The notes under the pieces are model-generated. The model was not told where the DNA came from. It was given only the letters and a program-made list of their open reading frames with translations, and did no database searches. Shown in pieces: positions 9,076-19,149 of a stretch of DNA of 64,000 nt. The first letter of the stretch is position 1, and every line of letters begins with the position of its first letter. Made by a program: the position numbers and the translations under genes. The stretch comes from Giardia intestinalis (lineage: Eukaryota): assembly GCA_000002435.2 (NCBI GenBank), contig CM018791.1. The stretch is one strand, 5' to 3'.

Positions 9076-9954
9076 ATGGAGATCACAGTGTCCCCTGGAT
9101 GTGCATTTCCGGAGAAGACGCGGCTTGCTAGGGAAATGGATGCACGAAGAAGGTGGATGGAAGAGAGAGCCCTTGTCCAGTCTGGGGTCACCTCGGGGAA
9201 TCCTGAGTTAGCAGAGAGCATCATGGATATCCGAAACCTATCTGCTTCAACTAGTCTTTCGTCTTCTCTTGCTCTCAGCAAGCTTCACCAGTCTTCAATG
9301 TCCGCAAGCAACACTGCTTTGGAGGACCACCTCACCTGTGCTATCTGTTATGGACTCTTCAGCCATCCTGTTGTTCTTACATGTGGCCATGTTTTCTGCG
9401 AGGGCTGTGTTCAAGCAATCTATGAGGGACAGCCAGAAAAGTACAGACTACACTGTCCTCTGTGTCGAAAACGATGTGACAAGCTGAACAGAGTCTACGT
9501 TCTTGACTCTGTTACGGAGAGTGTACGGCTTGCTCGCTCAGGCCTTCGTGAACATGAGGGTACAATTAATCCGCACTCTGAAGAGGGCGTAGAGCTCCCC
9601 AAACAGCTTGAAGTTGATATCCTTTTAAAGCGTATCTCAATAGCCACAGACGCCATGGAAAAGTGCTCAAGGCAAGTTCATGGATTCAATAAGTTGACCC
9701 AAAGCTACTATTCGTCGATTCGGAAGATAGACGACAAAATCAGTCAGCTGAAAGAGCAAAAGGAGCTCATGACCGTGGAATACAAGAAGACTTCAGCGAA
9801 TCTGGAGCGCATCATTGAGAAGGAGAAAGTCTTGCGAGGATTGATCGAAAGCTTAGAGTCAGAGCTGCGTGTAAAACAAATTATGATCGCTAAGCTATCT
9901 CCGTCTAATGAGAATGAGCAGCAAGTGCTGCCAGAAGACAGATTAAAGATTTAG
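9076..9954 (+). CDS. RING-finger (C3HC4) protein with a C-terminal coiled coil; a putative E3 ubiquitin ligase.
   Basis: CAICYGLFSHPVVLTCGHVFCEGCVQ...HCPLCR RING signature, then a heptad-rich tail (KISQLKEQKELMTVEYKK...). The track start 9034 is a TTG; the first ATG is at 9076. Confidence 0.6.
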   Translation: MEITVSPGCAFPEKTRLAREMDARRRWMEERALVQSGVTSGNPELAESIMDIRNLSASTSLSSSLALSKLHQSSMSASNTALEDHLTCAICYGLFSHPVVLTCGHVFCEGCVQAIYEGQPEKYRLHCPLCRKRCDKLNRVYVLDSVTESVRLARSGLREHEGTINPHSEEGVELPKQLEVDILLKRISIATDAMEKCSRQVHGFNKLTQSYYSSIRKIDDKISQLKEQKELMTVEYKKTSANLERIIEKEKVLRGLIESLESELRVKQIMIAKLSPSNENEQQVLPEDRLKI

Positions 9955-9962
9955 GCCGCCAG

Positions 9963-9969
9963 AGTAAAC
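9963..9969 (+). promoter_or_regulatory. Polyadenylation signal AGTAAAC (Giardia consensus AGTRAAY) for the RING gene, 9 nt after its stop. It is the first of four 11-bp tandem copies (9962..10003).
   Basis: Read directly: TAG gccgccag AGTAAAC g. Confidence 0.6.
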
Positions 9970-10003
9970 GATGAGTGAACGGTGAGTAAACAGAGAGTAA
10001 ACG

Positions 10004-10903
10004 ATGAAAAATTCTCGAGAAGCTGTCTTCATGGAGGCAGAGCCGAACTTACAGCATCTGGTTCTGGAGTTGGTTGAACCGCACAGAGAGACAGAGCCGG
10101 TAGAAGTCTTAGTTACAAGTGTCGATTTGCGCCTCCTCGGTCCAATTATTTCTAGGCTCAAGACCTGCAGCATGTGTCAGCTCCCCTTCAGCTGCGGCAG
10201 AGTGTGTAAGAGGAGGTTGGCGCCAGGTGAGCAAGTGGCTGAGTTATGCATCTGTGCAGGCCAAGGGCTCGTAGATACGGTTCTAAAGGAAATGACGTCT
10301 GAAGCCAATTCAGTGGGATCTTCAAGAGTCACAGATGTCACGACGATCCTCCGTGAGGTACAGGCTGTGCATAGCATTCAGCTCTCATTGTTTAAGAGGA
10401 CGCTAGGGGATACGTGGCCCATAACGCGATACCCGAAGAGGACTACTATTGAGGACGTTGTTTCTTCAGGTGAGAAAGAGTATCTTGAGCGATGCATAGC
10501 CCTGTTGACCAGCCACTCGACTGTGGTTGTGGCCTCGCCCAGCACGTCTTTCATCGCAGTCATAAAAGGGGACACTCCAACAGAATGTGCTGAAAGTATC
10601 CAGCCCCAAGGAAAGATATCAGACATGCTCCGCCATCCCGTATATACTGCCATTGAACAGGCTATGAAGCAGGCGGCTGAGGACGATAAGGCATACTTGC
10701 TAACAGGTTACGATGTCTTTGCACTGGAGGAGCCGTGCATCTTTTGCAGCATGTGTCTTCTGCATGCCCGCGTCAAACGTGTCTTTTACTCTGCATTCAT
10801 GGGGCACAATGGTGGGCTAAATGAAAGCCTAATGGTTCCGTCTTTACCAGGAGTCAACCATAGATTTCCTGTCATTAAGTTCAGATGGTCTGAAGTCTGC
10901 TGA
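10004..10903 (+). CDS. Cytidine/adenosine-deaminase-fold protein, ADAT3/Tad3-like (tRNA A34 deaminase non-catalytic subunit?).
   Basis: C-terminal zinc-binding deaminase motifs HPVYTAIEQA ...(about 30 aa)... PCIFCSMCLLHARVKRVFYS (H..., PCxxC). The catalytic Glu of HAE is absent, as in Tad3. ATG at 10004. Confidence 0.5.
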   Translation: MKNSREAVFMEAEPNLQHLVLELVEPHRETEPVEVLVTSVDLRLLGPIISRLKTCSMCQLPFSCGRVCKRRLAPGEQVAELCICAGQGLVDTVLKEMTSEANSVGSSRVTDVTTILREVQAVHSIQLSLFKRTLGDTWPITRYPKRTTIEDVVSSGEKEYLERCIALLTSHSTVVVASPSTSFIAVIKGDTPTECAESIQPQGKISDMLRHPVYTAIEQAMKQAAEDDKAYLLTGYDVFALEEPCIFCSMCLLHARVKRVFYSAFMGHNGGLNESLMVPSLPGVNHRFPVIKFRWSEVC

Positions 10904-10972
10904 GCATCGACAAGTGCTGCTGAGCGCCTAGAGCTTAACACCTAAGAATAACTAAAGAATAACATTAATAAA

Positions 10973-11770
10973 ATGGGTGGACATGTAGTCGATGTTTATC
11001 GCTTTAACCTTTCGCAAGTATGTAGAGAGATCACTAGCCTAATTGGACGCTACCCGATCGTGGCCATTGACACCGAATTCCCGGGCTACTTCGAAGACCT
11101 CAATCAACTTGTTCAATTGAGTAATGCCTCTGTTTCGTCCGATATCCTTGCCTCTCCAACCAACTATCAGAAGCTCAAGATCAACGTAGACGCTCTCAAC
11201 CTAATACAACTCGGGATTTCTCTATCAGATTTCGAAGGAAATAGTCCATACCCCCACTCAACTTGGCAGTTTAACCTGGCCTTCGATGAAGCCACATCTA
11301 TAGTTAATAATGAGTCGCTAGAACTTCTACGTGGACAAGGAATTGATTTTTCCAAGCTTCGGCGAGACGGCATCCATCCATTAATGCTATCATATGAGCT
11401 CCAGGTAAGTGGCCTTCTTTACAATAGAAATTTGATTTATCTCTGCTTTCACGGCTTTTATGATTTCGGCTATTTAGTGAAGGCCGTCACAATGCACGAT
11501 CTTCCCGACTCTAACAGAGAATTCAACACCCTTCTCAAGGTCCTGTTTCCGGGGAGATTATATGATCTCAAGCAGTGTTGCTCGTGGATCGGTTCCTTGG
11601 AGAGCCTGGCCGACATGCAGGGTGTCCAGTACCTCGGTGTTCAGCACCAAGCAGGAAGCGACGCCTGGGTAACATCTTCGATCTTCCGGTCGATGATTCG
11701 CACCACTGGGCTTCCGCCGCATTGTATGAACAGATGCATTTATGGACTTACGCAGATTGATGAGGACTGA
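10973..11770 (+). CDS. CAF1: CAF1/POP2-family deadenylase (CCR4-NOT complex ribonuclease subunit).
   Basis: The N-terminus VYRFNLSQVCREITSLIGRYPIVAIDTEFPGY is the CAF1 DEDD motif I (DTEFPG). Full length is about 265 aa. ATG at 10973 after an AT-rich leader. Confidence 0.8.
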   Translation: MGGHVVDVYRFNLSQVCREITSLIGRYPIVAIDTEFPGYFEDLNQLVQLSNASVSSDILASPTNYQKLKINVDALNLIQLGISLSDFEGNSPYPHSTWQFNLAFDEATSIVNNESLELLRGQGIDFSKLRRDGIHPLMLSYELQVSGLLYNRNLIYLCFHGFYDFGYLVKAVTMHDLPDSNREFNTLLKVLFPGRLYDLKQCCSWIGSLESLADMQGVQYLGVQHQAGSDAWVTSSIFRSMIRTTGLPPHCMNRCIYGLTQIDED

Positions 11771-12103
11771 TTACCCGTGATTGATCACCCGGTGGATTGA
11801 GAGGCTCTGATGCTTATCACTTATCACTTATTACTTGCTTCTATAACCATATTCATGGGAAAAATATTGCACGGAGTAGCTAAGCAACGCGCCCTTGTTC
11901 TCAAAAGTCTATTAGCAACTAGAGTAGCGGATAGAAGATCGAGGCGTGACTGCTCTTCTCATCAGGAAGTATCTGTTTTACAATTGTAGATAGCTGTAGG
12001 CTGAGGCTTTAAGGAAATTGTTAGCAATCGCATTAAAGTAAATTATATTCTAAGATCTTAAAACTTAAGAGTCTCCATAGAGAGTTGACTTTCCGATCTA
12101 TCG

Positions 12104-14356
12104 ATGGTGCTTCTTGACGGGGAATTTATCGTCTTTCAACCGTTCTTAGCTGCTACATCCATACCATCTTACACAGAAGGAAATCTATGGCTTGATCCTT
12201 CCGAATACGCAACTGCCACAACCAACTTGCCTCCTTCAAACGGGCACCTTCTGGTTGCAGGACAGCTGTATCTGAATATTGTGCTGACGAACTACCGCAT
12301 GTTGCTCTTTAGAGCAATTAGTCCAACGGAATTTACTCCCTTTGCAAGTATACCCCATTTTATGGTCGTTTCTATTTCTAAGATTGGAGGAAAGAAGTCA
12401 CGCGACGCCTATGGTGTGCTAATTAGCCTCATTACACCTCTACAGTTTGCCGTCTTTTTGCCTCGACATAACAAACAGCGCACTATCTTTATCGGTACGC
12501 TACTAAAGTACGCATCACCCAGGCTCACTCTGACACACCTGTTTCCTTGCTTTTCTCTTTTCACGTCTCCTAAGGCAGAGAAAGGCTGGTTTATATACGA
12601 TCCATTTGCAGAGTACTGTAGGCAAGGCGTGGGGACGCCGCGTTTAGATCTAGAGAAATTCATGAAGCCCTTTGATCTATCGGTGGTCAAGCGGCCACTA
12701 GGGACGCTTGGAATCAAGGCCTCAGATGTCAAAGACGGCATGTACCGCATTGTGACCGGAAACCCAAAGCTCATGGTGTGTATTCACGAGTATGAAGAAA
12801 TGAGAAAGGAAAAGGAGCGGGCGCTCCCTTGTAATCCTGGACACGTTCCCTTTTGGTCGCTCACCGACGCAAACTTTGATTACTCAGTTTGTAACACTTA
12901 TCCTTTCTTACTAGCAGTTCCTAGTCGTTACTCAGGAGAGAACAATCTTGACGCACTTCAGCTCGTTGCTGGGAATCGTTCTCATAGGAGACTCCCAGTG
13001 TTGGCGTGGAAGGACAAGGATGACCGCTACGGGGTCATTCTGCGTTCCTCTCAACCCTATAACCCAACAAAGAAAAGCGATAGCAAATTTGTGGCTGATA
13101 GAGCATACCTGCAACACATATGGCAACACTACGGCGCCCTGCATAAGAAGGAGAAGCTCTTAGTGATTGATGCTCGGACAAGAGCTAACATGCAGATGAA
13201 CCAGTTTGTTGGTAGGGGAACGGAGGGGTATCCCTTTGTGCATGTGGAGTTTCTTGATATACCAGGATGTCAATACATTCAACAGAGGCATATTGCAGAC
13301 TGTGCATTGTTTGCCTCCACACAAGATAATTTTCAATATCATCGCTTGGGGCGCGTCGGTGGCATTACTGAGGTACTCGGAGTTGATCCGCGTAACTACA
13401 TATTGCAGGACACAGAGTGGATGAAGGTAGATGAAGTACAGACGACAAGGAGTCAGCAAGATTTCGTGGCAGATAATCAGCCACCTGCTGAACTTGTTAG
13501 TAGGGATAGAATCAGGGAGGATGGCGTTGATCATGAAAGCTCCGAATGTGATATCTCAGGGGTAGAGCAGCTATCTCCAAGTATAGACTTTAACACGATT
13601 GCAGTACCGCAATATGTCGGTAATGAAAATGTTGACCATAGCTGTCAGGCGGGCTCCTCCGTTGTTATGATTAGGACAAAATGGACTAGCACACGTCAGC
13701 TTGAAGAAGTACACAGACTTGTCATTGCAGGAGCCGTTTCTATATGCGAAAACATCATTCGAGGAACTGTGGTTCTTGTTCACTGTTCGGATGGCTGGGA
13801 CAGGACCGCCCAGTTAGTCGCTCTTGCGATGCTTATGCTTGACCCCTATTATCGATCTATGAATGGCTTCTTTGTCTTAATAGAAAAGGAGTGGTGCTCG
13901 TTTGGACACAGGTTTTCTTCACGGTGCGGAATTCTACAAGTTAGCAATCAGGACCAGGAATCTCTTGAAGACGCTGATAGAGGAGACCTCTCATCGAGTC
14001 TATGCAGCCCTGTCTTCCTCCAATTTCTGGAGCTCGTCTACTACCTTTTGAGCGCATATCCGTCAGAGTTTGAGTTCACCGAAGAGGTTCTCAAGTACCT
14101 TGCCTATCACACCTATAGTGCTCGATTTGGGACCTTTATCGGCGACTGTGAGCTAGATAGGCTCTTGTGCCAGCTTCCTATACGGACCGCCAGCATATGG
14201 GATCATCTGTTGGCATGTAAAGATCACTATACAAACAAAGGGTACTCGCCAGAGTCTATTCTGAAGAAAAATGGATGGGTGTATCTCAAGCTCAATTGCA
14301 ACAGACAGCTTCCTGCTTGGCCAGGCTATTGGGAGCAGCACATACCTAAGCCTTAA
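12104..14356 (+). CDS. Myotubularin-family phosphoinositide 3-phosphatase, predicted active.
   Basis: CX5R active site VHCSDGWDRTAQLVALAMLMLDPYYR with myotubularin-type flanks. The N-terminal region is GRAM/PH-like. 750 aa, ATG at 12104. Confidence 0.8.
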   Translation: MVLLDGEFIVFQPFLAATSIPSYTEGNLWLDPSEYATATTNLPPSNGHLLVAGQLYLNIVLTNYRMLLFRAISPTEFTPFASIPHFMVVSISKIGGKKSRDAYGVLISLITPLQFAVFLPRHNKQRTIFIGTLLKYASPRLTLTHLFPCFSLFTSPKAEKGWFIYDPFAEYCRQGVGTPRLDLEKFMKPFDLSVVKRPLGTLGIKASDVKDGMYRIVTGNPKLMVCIHEYEEMRKEKERALPCNPGHVPFWSLTDANFDYSVCNTYPFLLAVPSRYSGENNLDALQLVAGNRSHRRLPVLAWKDKDDRYGVILRSSQPYNPTKKSDSKFVADRAYLQHIWQHYGALHKKEKLLVIDARTRANMQMNQFVGRGTEGYPFVHVEFLDIPGCQYIQQRHIADCALFASTQDNFQYHRLGRVGGITEVLGVDPRNYILQDTEWMKVDEVQTTRSQQDFVADNQPPAELVSRDRIREDGVDHESSECDISGVEQLSPSIDFNTIAVPQYVGNENVDHSCQAGSSVVMIRTKWTSTRQLEEVHRLVIAGAVSICENIIRGTVVLVHCSDGWDRTAQLVALAMLMLDPYYRSMNGFFVLIEKEWCSFGHRFSSRCGILQVSNQDQESLEDADRGDLSSSLCSPVFLQFLELVYYLLSAYPSEFEFTEEVLKYLAYHTYSARFGTFIGDCELDRLLCQLPIRTASIWDHLLACKDHYTNKGYSPESILKKNGWVYLKLNCNRQLPAWPGYWEQHIPKP

Positions 14357-14569
14357 CTATTTGAAAACACAAGTATGACACTTCGCAAATATGAGCACAG
14401 CCCTTGTTTGATAGTTGAATGAAGGTCTTTATCTTTTGATTTTGTAGTTTTAGGACTTTAAGATTACAGCAAACGCTTCTACCACAGACGAAATGATAAA
14501 AGATAATTATAAGTCTAATATCTTAATGATTTTGTCAAGATTTAGGGATGTATCCCTGCCATTTCATCT

Positions 14570-15991
14570 ATGTCCAGTGCAGAGTTTAGTGTCACGAGTA
14601 CCACTTCAGGCAGCGCCTTTCAGTACTCGGCAGTCGTCCCTACCATCATTGTCTCTAGATTCGATTACAATAACTGCTGGGCCGAAATAGACATCCTGCA
14701 AAGCGTTTATGAAGATGATGGCGCCATGGACATTAATGTCAAGCCGCTGTATTGTGATATTCCAGCAGAAGCCAAGCTCTATGCCATTTTCCGTATCTCC
14801 GAAGTCGAAACAGCCACATTTCCATTGGAGCCTCAGAGCACGAGGGCAGGTGGATATGCTCCTCTAGCCTCAGAATACATACACACCAAGGCACAAACTT
14901 TTAAGATAAATTGCAGCACCATCTCTTCGTCCCCTGCGTCTAAGCAGAAAATGACAACTGCTGAATGCACTCGGATCTTCCGCACCTTTATTAGCTATCC
15001 CTATCACCTGGCACGCCTGGGCGCCTCCTTCAGCTTCACCAATTCAAGCTCCACGGGCGGTGTTGTGGTGATGCAACCCTCCACAAATCTGCGCGACAAC
15101 TCAACAGCTCTTTGTTTCAGCACCGCATCTGTGCGGCTTTACAGAGACAAGATCTGCATGGAACTTAGAGCGCCCACCGCGGAGTCCTCAGCGTGCACGT
15201 TGGCTGGAGACGTAAAAAGCACCTACTTTTACTTTAGCTTATCAAACAATGTTGATCCGTTCTACGCTAGCGTGAAGTGCTACTATACACGACTGGATCC
15301 TGATTTCACGTTTAACACATCCGTTAGGAGCCGGTACTGGTATACTTGTAAAGATAAGACGTGCAAGGATACGTTCGCGTCCATAATCGACCACCGCAAC
15401 ACCTCTGTCGCCAAGTACGGCGTCTACATGACAAACTTGGCTGGTCAGGAAGTGAAGCGCTTGCTCTTCACCGCTCATCCCCCCAATGTTACTTGCTTTG
15501 CCGACATGTATGCCGAGGTGATGGATGACACCCTCTGCATACATGCTACCTTGCCGCCGAACGAAGACTATTGCAATATCCTGGAACTCCCATCCACCAC
15601 AACGTTCAGAGTCAAGCTCTGGTACACTGCCGGTTCCGGAATAGAGTCTGCCAGTGTCAGTTTAGCCGGTGAATTCAAATATACCGGTGTCTTCGCAAAC
15701 TTACTATGCTTTACATGCTCCAACAATTGGGTTCCAAACGACAAGTATTTCAATGGCAAGTACTGCAGCTCGCAGCTCTCCTTTATCAAGTCACAATATA
15801 AGAAGCTGCACTCCTACATCACCGTCGAGATAGACGATATTGTAGAGGTCCCCGACAATGTCTATTTTCTTGATAACAGGGGCCTTCTCATAACTTCTTT
15901 GGTTTTGGCGTTGATTAGTGTAATTGTAACCGTAACAATTGTTACGTTGGAGTTCTTGCAGATTTGTAAAAAGAAGGGGCGCGGAAAATGA
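14570..15991 (+). CDS. Hypothetical single-pass membrane protein: a large ectodomain with about 18 Cys, a C-terminal TM helix and a short basic tail ...CKKKGRGK.
   Basis: ORF with an ATG at 14570. C-terminal LITSLVLALISVIVTVTIVTLEFLQICKKKGRGK*. It is not CXXC-rich, so not a VSP. It lies directly adjacent to the VSP gene. Confidence 0.5.
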   Translation: MSSAEFSVTSTTSGSAFQYSAVVPTIIVSRFDYNNCWAEIDILQSVYEDDGAMDINVKPLYCDIPAEAKLYAIFRISEVETATFPLEPQSTRAGGYAPLASEYIHTKAQTFKINCSTISSSPASKQKMTTAECTRIFRTFISYPYHLARLGASFSFTNSSSTGGVVVMQPSTNLRDNSTALCFSTASVRLYRDKICMELRAPTAESSACTLAGDVKSTYFYFSLSNNVDPFYASVKCYYTRLDPDFTFNTSVRSRYWYTCKDKTCKDTFASIIDHRNTSVAKYGVYMTNLAGQEVKRLLFTAHPPNVTCFADMYAEVMDDTLCIHATLPPNEDYCNILELPSTTTFRVKLWYTAGSGIESASVSLAGEFKYTGVFANLLCFTCSNNWVPNDKYFNGKYCSSQLSFIKSQYKKLHSYITVEIDDIVEVPDNVYFLDNRGLLITSLVLALISVIVTVTIVTLEFLQICKKKGRGK

Positions 15992-16565
15992 TCTCTGTCT
16001 TGTGAGTGGCAATTCCATTAAGAAAGCTTACCCTTTACTTGTGGTTGACCCCGGAAGCTCCGCGCTATCACAGTAGTGGTCAATATATAATTGTAGACAC
16101 TCACTGCTCCATGATGGAGAGCACTGTATCGGTAGGGTTGCCGGTTCTTGCACAATCGGCAACCACATCTTTGAGGCACCGATCCCAGCAGTCCATAACG
16201 ATGACGATGGAGTGGGCGTCTCTGAGCACCTGGTAGTGCCTAATGACGCCTGGGTGTGAGCGTCTGGAAATGGTGACCAGCGCGACCCAGTGGCCTCCGT
16301 GGGCTTCCCACTCTGAGCTTTGGATAGCTACCTATCACATGGACAGTACCAAAGCTGCCCACATCAAGCACCCCTCCTCGCATCGATGCAGCTCGTCGGC
16401 GGGCACAGGATATCGAGTGCACCGTCCCCGGCCATGACGGTATCAACGGCACTGTGCAGAGCACGCTCGGGGGCAGGGGAGCGGCCACCCCTGCTCCCGG
16501 TTGCAGGCTGGCTGGCGAAGTATACGAGGCGCACCCGCTTGTCGGCAGCTGCACCACTAGTGACG

Positions 16566-16581
16566 CGTTTACTACCTAAGT
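16566..16581 (-). promoter_or_regulatory. Conserved VSP 3' element GACTTAGGTAGTAAAC containing the polyadenylation signal AGTAAAC, immediately after the TAG stop.
   Basis: The minus strand reads TGCAGGGGCAAGGCGTAG ACTTAGGTAGTAAAC, that is CRGKA* followed by the extended polyadenylation signal reported for Giardia vsp genes. Confidence 0.85.
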
Positions 16582-18489
16582 CTACGCCTTGCCCCTGCAG
16601 ATGAACCACCAGCAGAGGAACCCTACAAGGCCAGCCACGACAACCACCACAGCAACGGAGATCCCCGCTATGGCGCCAGTGGAGAGGCCGCTCTTGTTCG
16701 TGCTTCCGCCATTGTTATCGTTATCGCCGTTGTTAGTGCCGTCTGTCTTAACATAGCAGGTAACAGGAGTCGGCGCATTAGGAGACGAAGGAGCTTTACA
16801 GCTCACGCAATTAGGTACGCCTTGGATGTTACCACTTGTTTCAGAACACTTTTTACACTCTTTTCCAGTGTCAAGATAGTATCCAGAATAGCACTCAGTA
16901 CACGTCTTCACACCGCTATCGCCGCTGCACTTTGAGCAGTTGGCTGGACACGGAGGACACGCGCCTGTTTGAGGATCTGCATTCTGTCCATTGGCGCAGT
17001 TTGCACACTTTCCATTGGCCCCTGCGGCTATGCACAAAGTGTTACCTGGGAATGCCCCGGTTTTATAGCATCCGCCAGATTCTAAGAAGTATGCGCCCGT
17101 GCAACTAGTGCAGACTCCTTCTCCGGCCACACACTCCGCGGCTGCGCGGGCTGTTGTAGAGACGCACATGTCGTTTATCGGAACGAACCCTGTCTTGCAC
17201 CTGCTGCAATACTTGGAGCCCCCAACGACGGCCGTGCACTGACCAGCTTCGCAGTTCTCTGCGTACCTTCCCGTGCACTCCTGGATGCATTTGCCAGTAG
17301 TCGGATCGCCATCATGCTCAAGTACAGACCCGGGGTAGCAGGCTGTACAGGAGGCTTCTGCGTTGTCACTACAGTTTGCACATGACTCGTGGCAGCGGGT
17401 GCACACCTTGCTATTGGCATATGTGCCAGCAGGACAATCGAGCATGCACTCGTCCTTCAGGGGGCTCAGATTATTATTAGTACACTCAGAGCACGTAACT
17501 ATTGGACCTGCTCTTGCAGATGTTGCTTTGAGGGAGCACTTCTTGCAGTTGGCTATGCCACCCTTATCGGCTTCACTACACAGAGCACATACCTTCCTGT
17601 TACTATTCTGTGCATCGGTCATGGGGAAGAATCCATCCTTACACTCCTCTGCACTGGCACAAGAGGCTGTCCCCGATTCTGTCTTCAGATACTTATCTGC
17701 CTGGCACTCAGTGCACGTTGCAGGGCCGGCACTCTGTGGCTTAGTGCACTTGGCACATCCAGCGACGCCCTTCCAAGCACCAGATCCCTGAGTAGCATCT
17801 CCGCACGATATGCAAGGGCCCTCGCTCCCCTCTGTTGCTAAGAAGTACGTCTCTGCCGTGCACGACTTGCACTTGCTGACTGTCCCGTCGGTGCAGGTCA
17901 GGCAGTTATCTGCACATGCTGTACATGTCTTTCCTTTACTATTATCTACAAAGTATCCGCTCTCGCATGCTGTGCACGTGGCAGCCTTGGGAGTAGTAGT
18001 ATCACTTGCTTCTGTGGGCTCCTCACACTGAGTGCAATGCAATACGCCCTTGTACTTTTTATCGTTCTTAACTGTTATTTCCTCTTCGTCTCCACATGGT
18101 ATGACCGACTGGTGAGAGGCGTCTGCGCCCGGCGGCACGAAGTACCCAGCCTTAGCCTGCGTGCACACTCCATCAGTTGCTGTTTCACACATCGTGTTGC
18201 CAGGTGCCTGGCTATCCTTGTAGCATCCGCCCTTGTACATGAAGGACTTATTAGCGCACTGTGTACATACTCCATCTTGTTTTTGGCTACATTCGTTGTT
18301 GTCTGCTGAGCACACTCCGTCCGTTGGGGCAGATTGAGACCCACCGCCGTTGCACTGGGAGCAGTACTTCTTGCCGTTGATGACGGCGCTACAGGCCTTG
18401 CAAGTGTCGGGCTGATCACCAGAGACGGTTGTGCACTCCTCTGTCGCCAGTTGGAGCGCAAGGCCGATCAGCAAAAACGCGTAGAACAT
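16582..18489 (-). CDS. vsp: Variant-specific surface protein (VSP).
   Basis: Signal peptide MFYAFLLIGLALQLATEEC. Dozens of CXXC motifs and two GGCY motifs. C-terminal TM helix plus the invariant ...FLCWWFICRGKA* tail. The true ATG is at 18489 (the track ORF extends to an upstream TTG at 18717). The stop is followed by the conserved VSP 3' motif. Confidence 0.9.
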   Translation of the reverse strand: MFYAFLLIGLALQLATEECTTVSGDQPDTCKACSAVINGKKYCSQCNGGGSQSAPTDGVCSADNNECSQKQDGVCTQCANKSFMYKGGCYKDSQAPGNTMCETATDGVCTQAKAGYFVPPGADASHQSVIPCGDEEEITVKNDKKYKGVLHCTQCEEPTEASDTTTPKAATCTACESGYFVDNSKGKTCTACADNCLTCTDGTVSKCKSCTAETYFLATEGSEGPCISCGDATQGSGAWKGVAGCAKCTKPQSAGPATCTECQADKYLKTESGTASCASAEECKDGFFPMTDAQNSNRKVCALCSEADKGGIANCKKCSLKATSARAGPIVTCSECTNNNLSPLKDECMLDCPAGTYANSKVCTRCHESCANCSDNAEASCTACYPGSVLEHDGDPTTGKCIQECTGRYAENCEAGQCTAVVGGSKYCSRCKTGFVPINDMCVSTTARAAAECVAGEGVCTSCTGAYFLESGGCYKTGAFPGNTLCIAAGANGKCANCANGQNADPQTGACPPCPANCSKCSGDSGVKTCTECYSGYYLDTGKECKKCSETSGNIQGVPNCVSCKAPSSPNAPTPVTCYVKTDGTNNGDNDNNGGSTNKSGLSTGAIAGISVAVVVVVAGLVGFLCWWFICRGKA

Positions 18490-19149
18490 TGTGGCTCGAC
18501 GCTCTGTCACACAGAGATATAGCAGCTCCGTTCGCCAGTCCACCCCTTCATGGCATCTGCCTGTGCTGCATGACGCACTGGCAGGGAAGGCCCTCCACAG
18601 GCCTGCGGAGAAGCGGAGTCGTATCGATTCCACTCTTATGACCTGCCGCTCCGAGCTTCTGTGACTGGCCGGCTGTGAGATGGATTGATCAGTATAGGTC
18701 TCCCCCTTATGCTGCAAGGCGTACCATAGTAGTGGCTACACGGCGGCCATGCTTCGCTCTTCGCTGTGATGTGAGGGCTTCCATTGGCGTCAGCGACAGG
18801 CGGAGCTGGCTCGTCCTATCCCAGTCCTGTAGTGTCACGTAATCCCTAATCCGTCGGAACTTTCGGCACCATACGGCATATGGCTGCCCAGCCACAGAAA
18901 GGGTCGTCTTAGCGGTAGGCCGTAGGTAGGATGCACAGGAGCAGGCCTACACTCGCCCCAGAATCTATGTGCTAGCTTCGGTGGCCTCGCACTCTGCACA
19001 CCAGGCCGCTCCCGTCTAAGCGCGGCCAAAGTGAAAGCTGGGTCGAGAGGGGTCTATTCGCTGACCGCTGGACCGCGCCATCCGGTGGGCCCAGTAGTAC
19101 AACACACCGTGACAAAGTGAATCCAGCCCACCGGACCATTTAAAAAACT

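Noticed and set aside
18490-18717. A 76-codon in-frame extension upstream of the VSP ATG (track ORF start at 18717).
   Set aside because: The start there is a TTG. The VSP signal peptide MFYAFLLIGLALQ begins at the true ATG (18489). The extension has no protein-like features.
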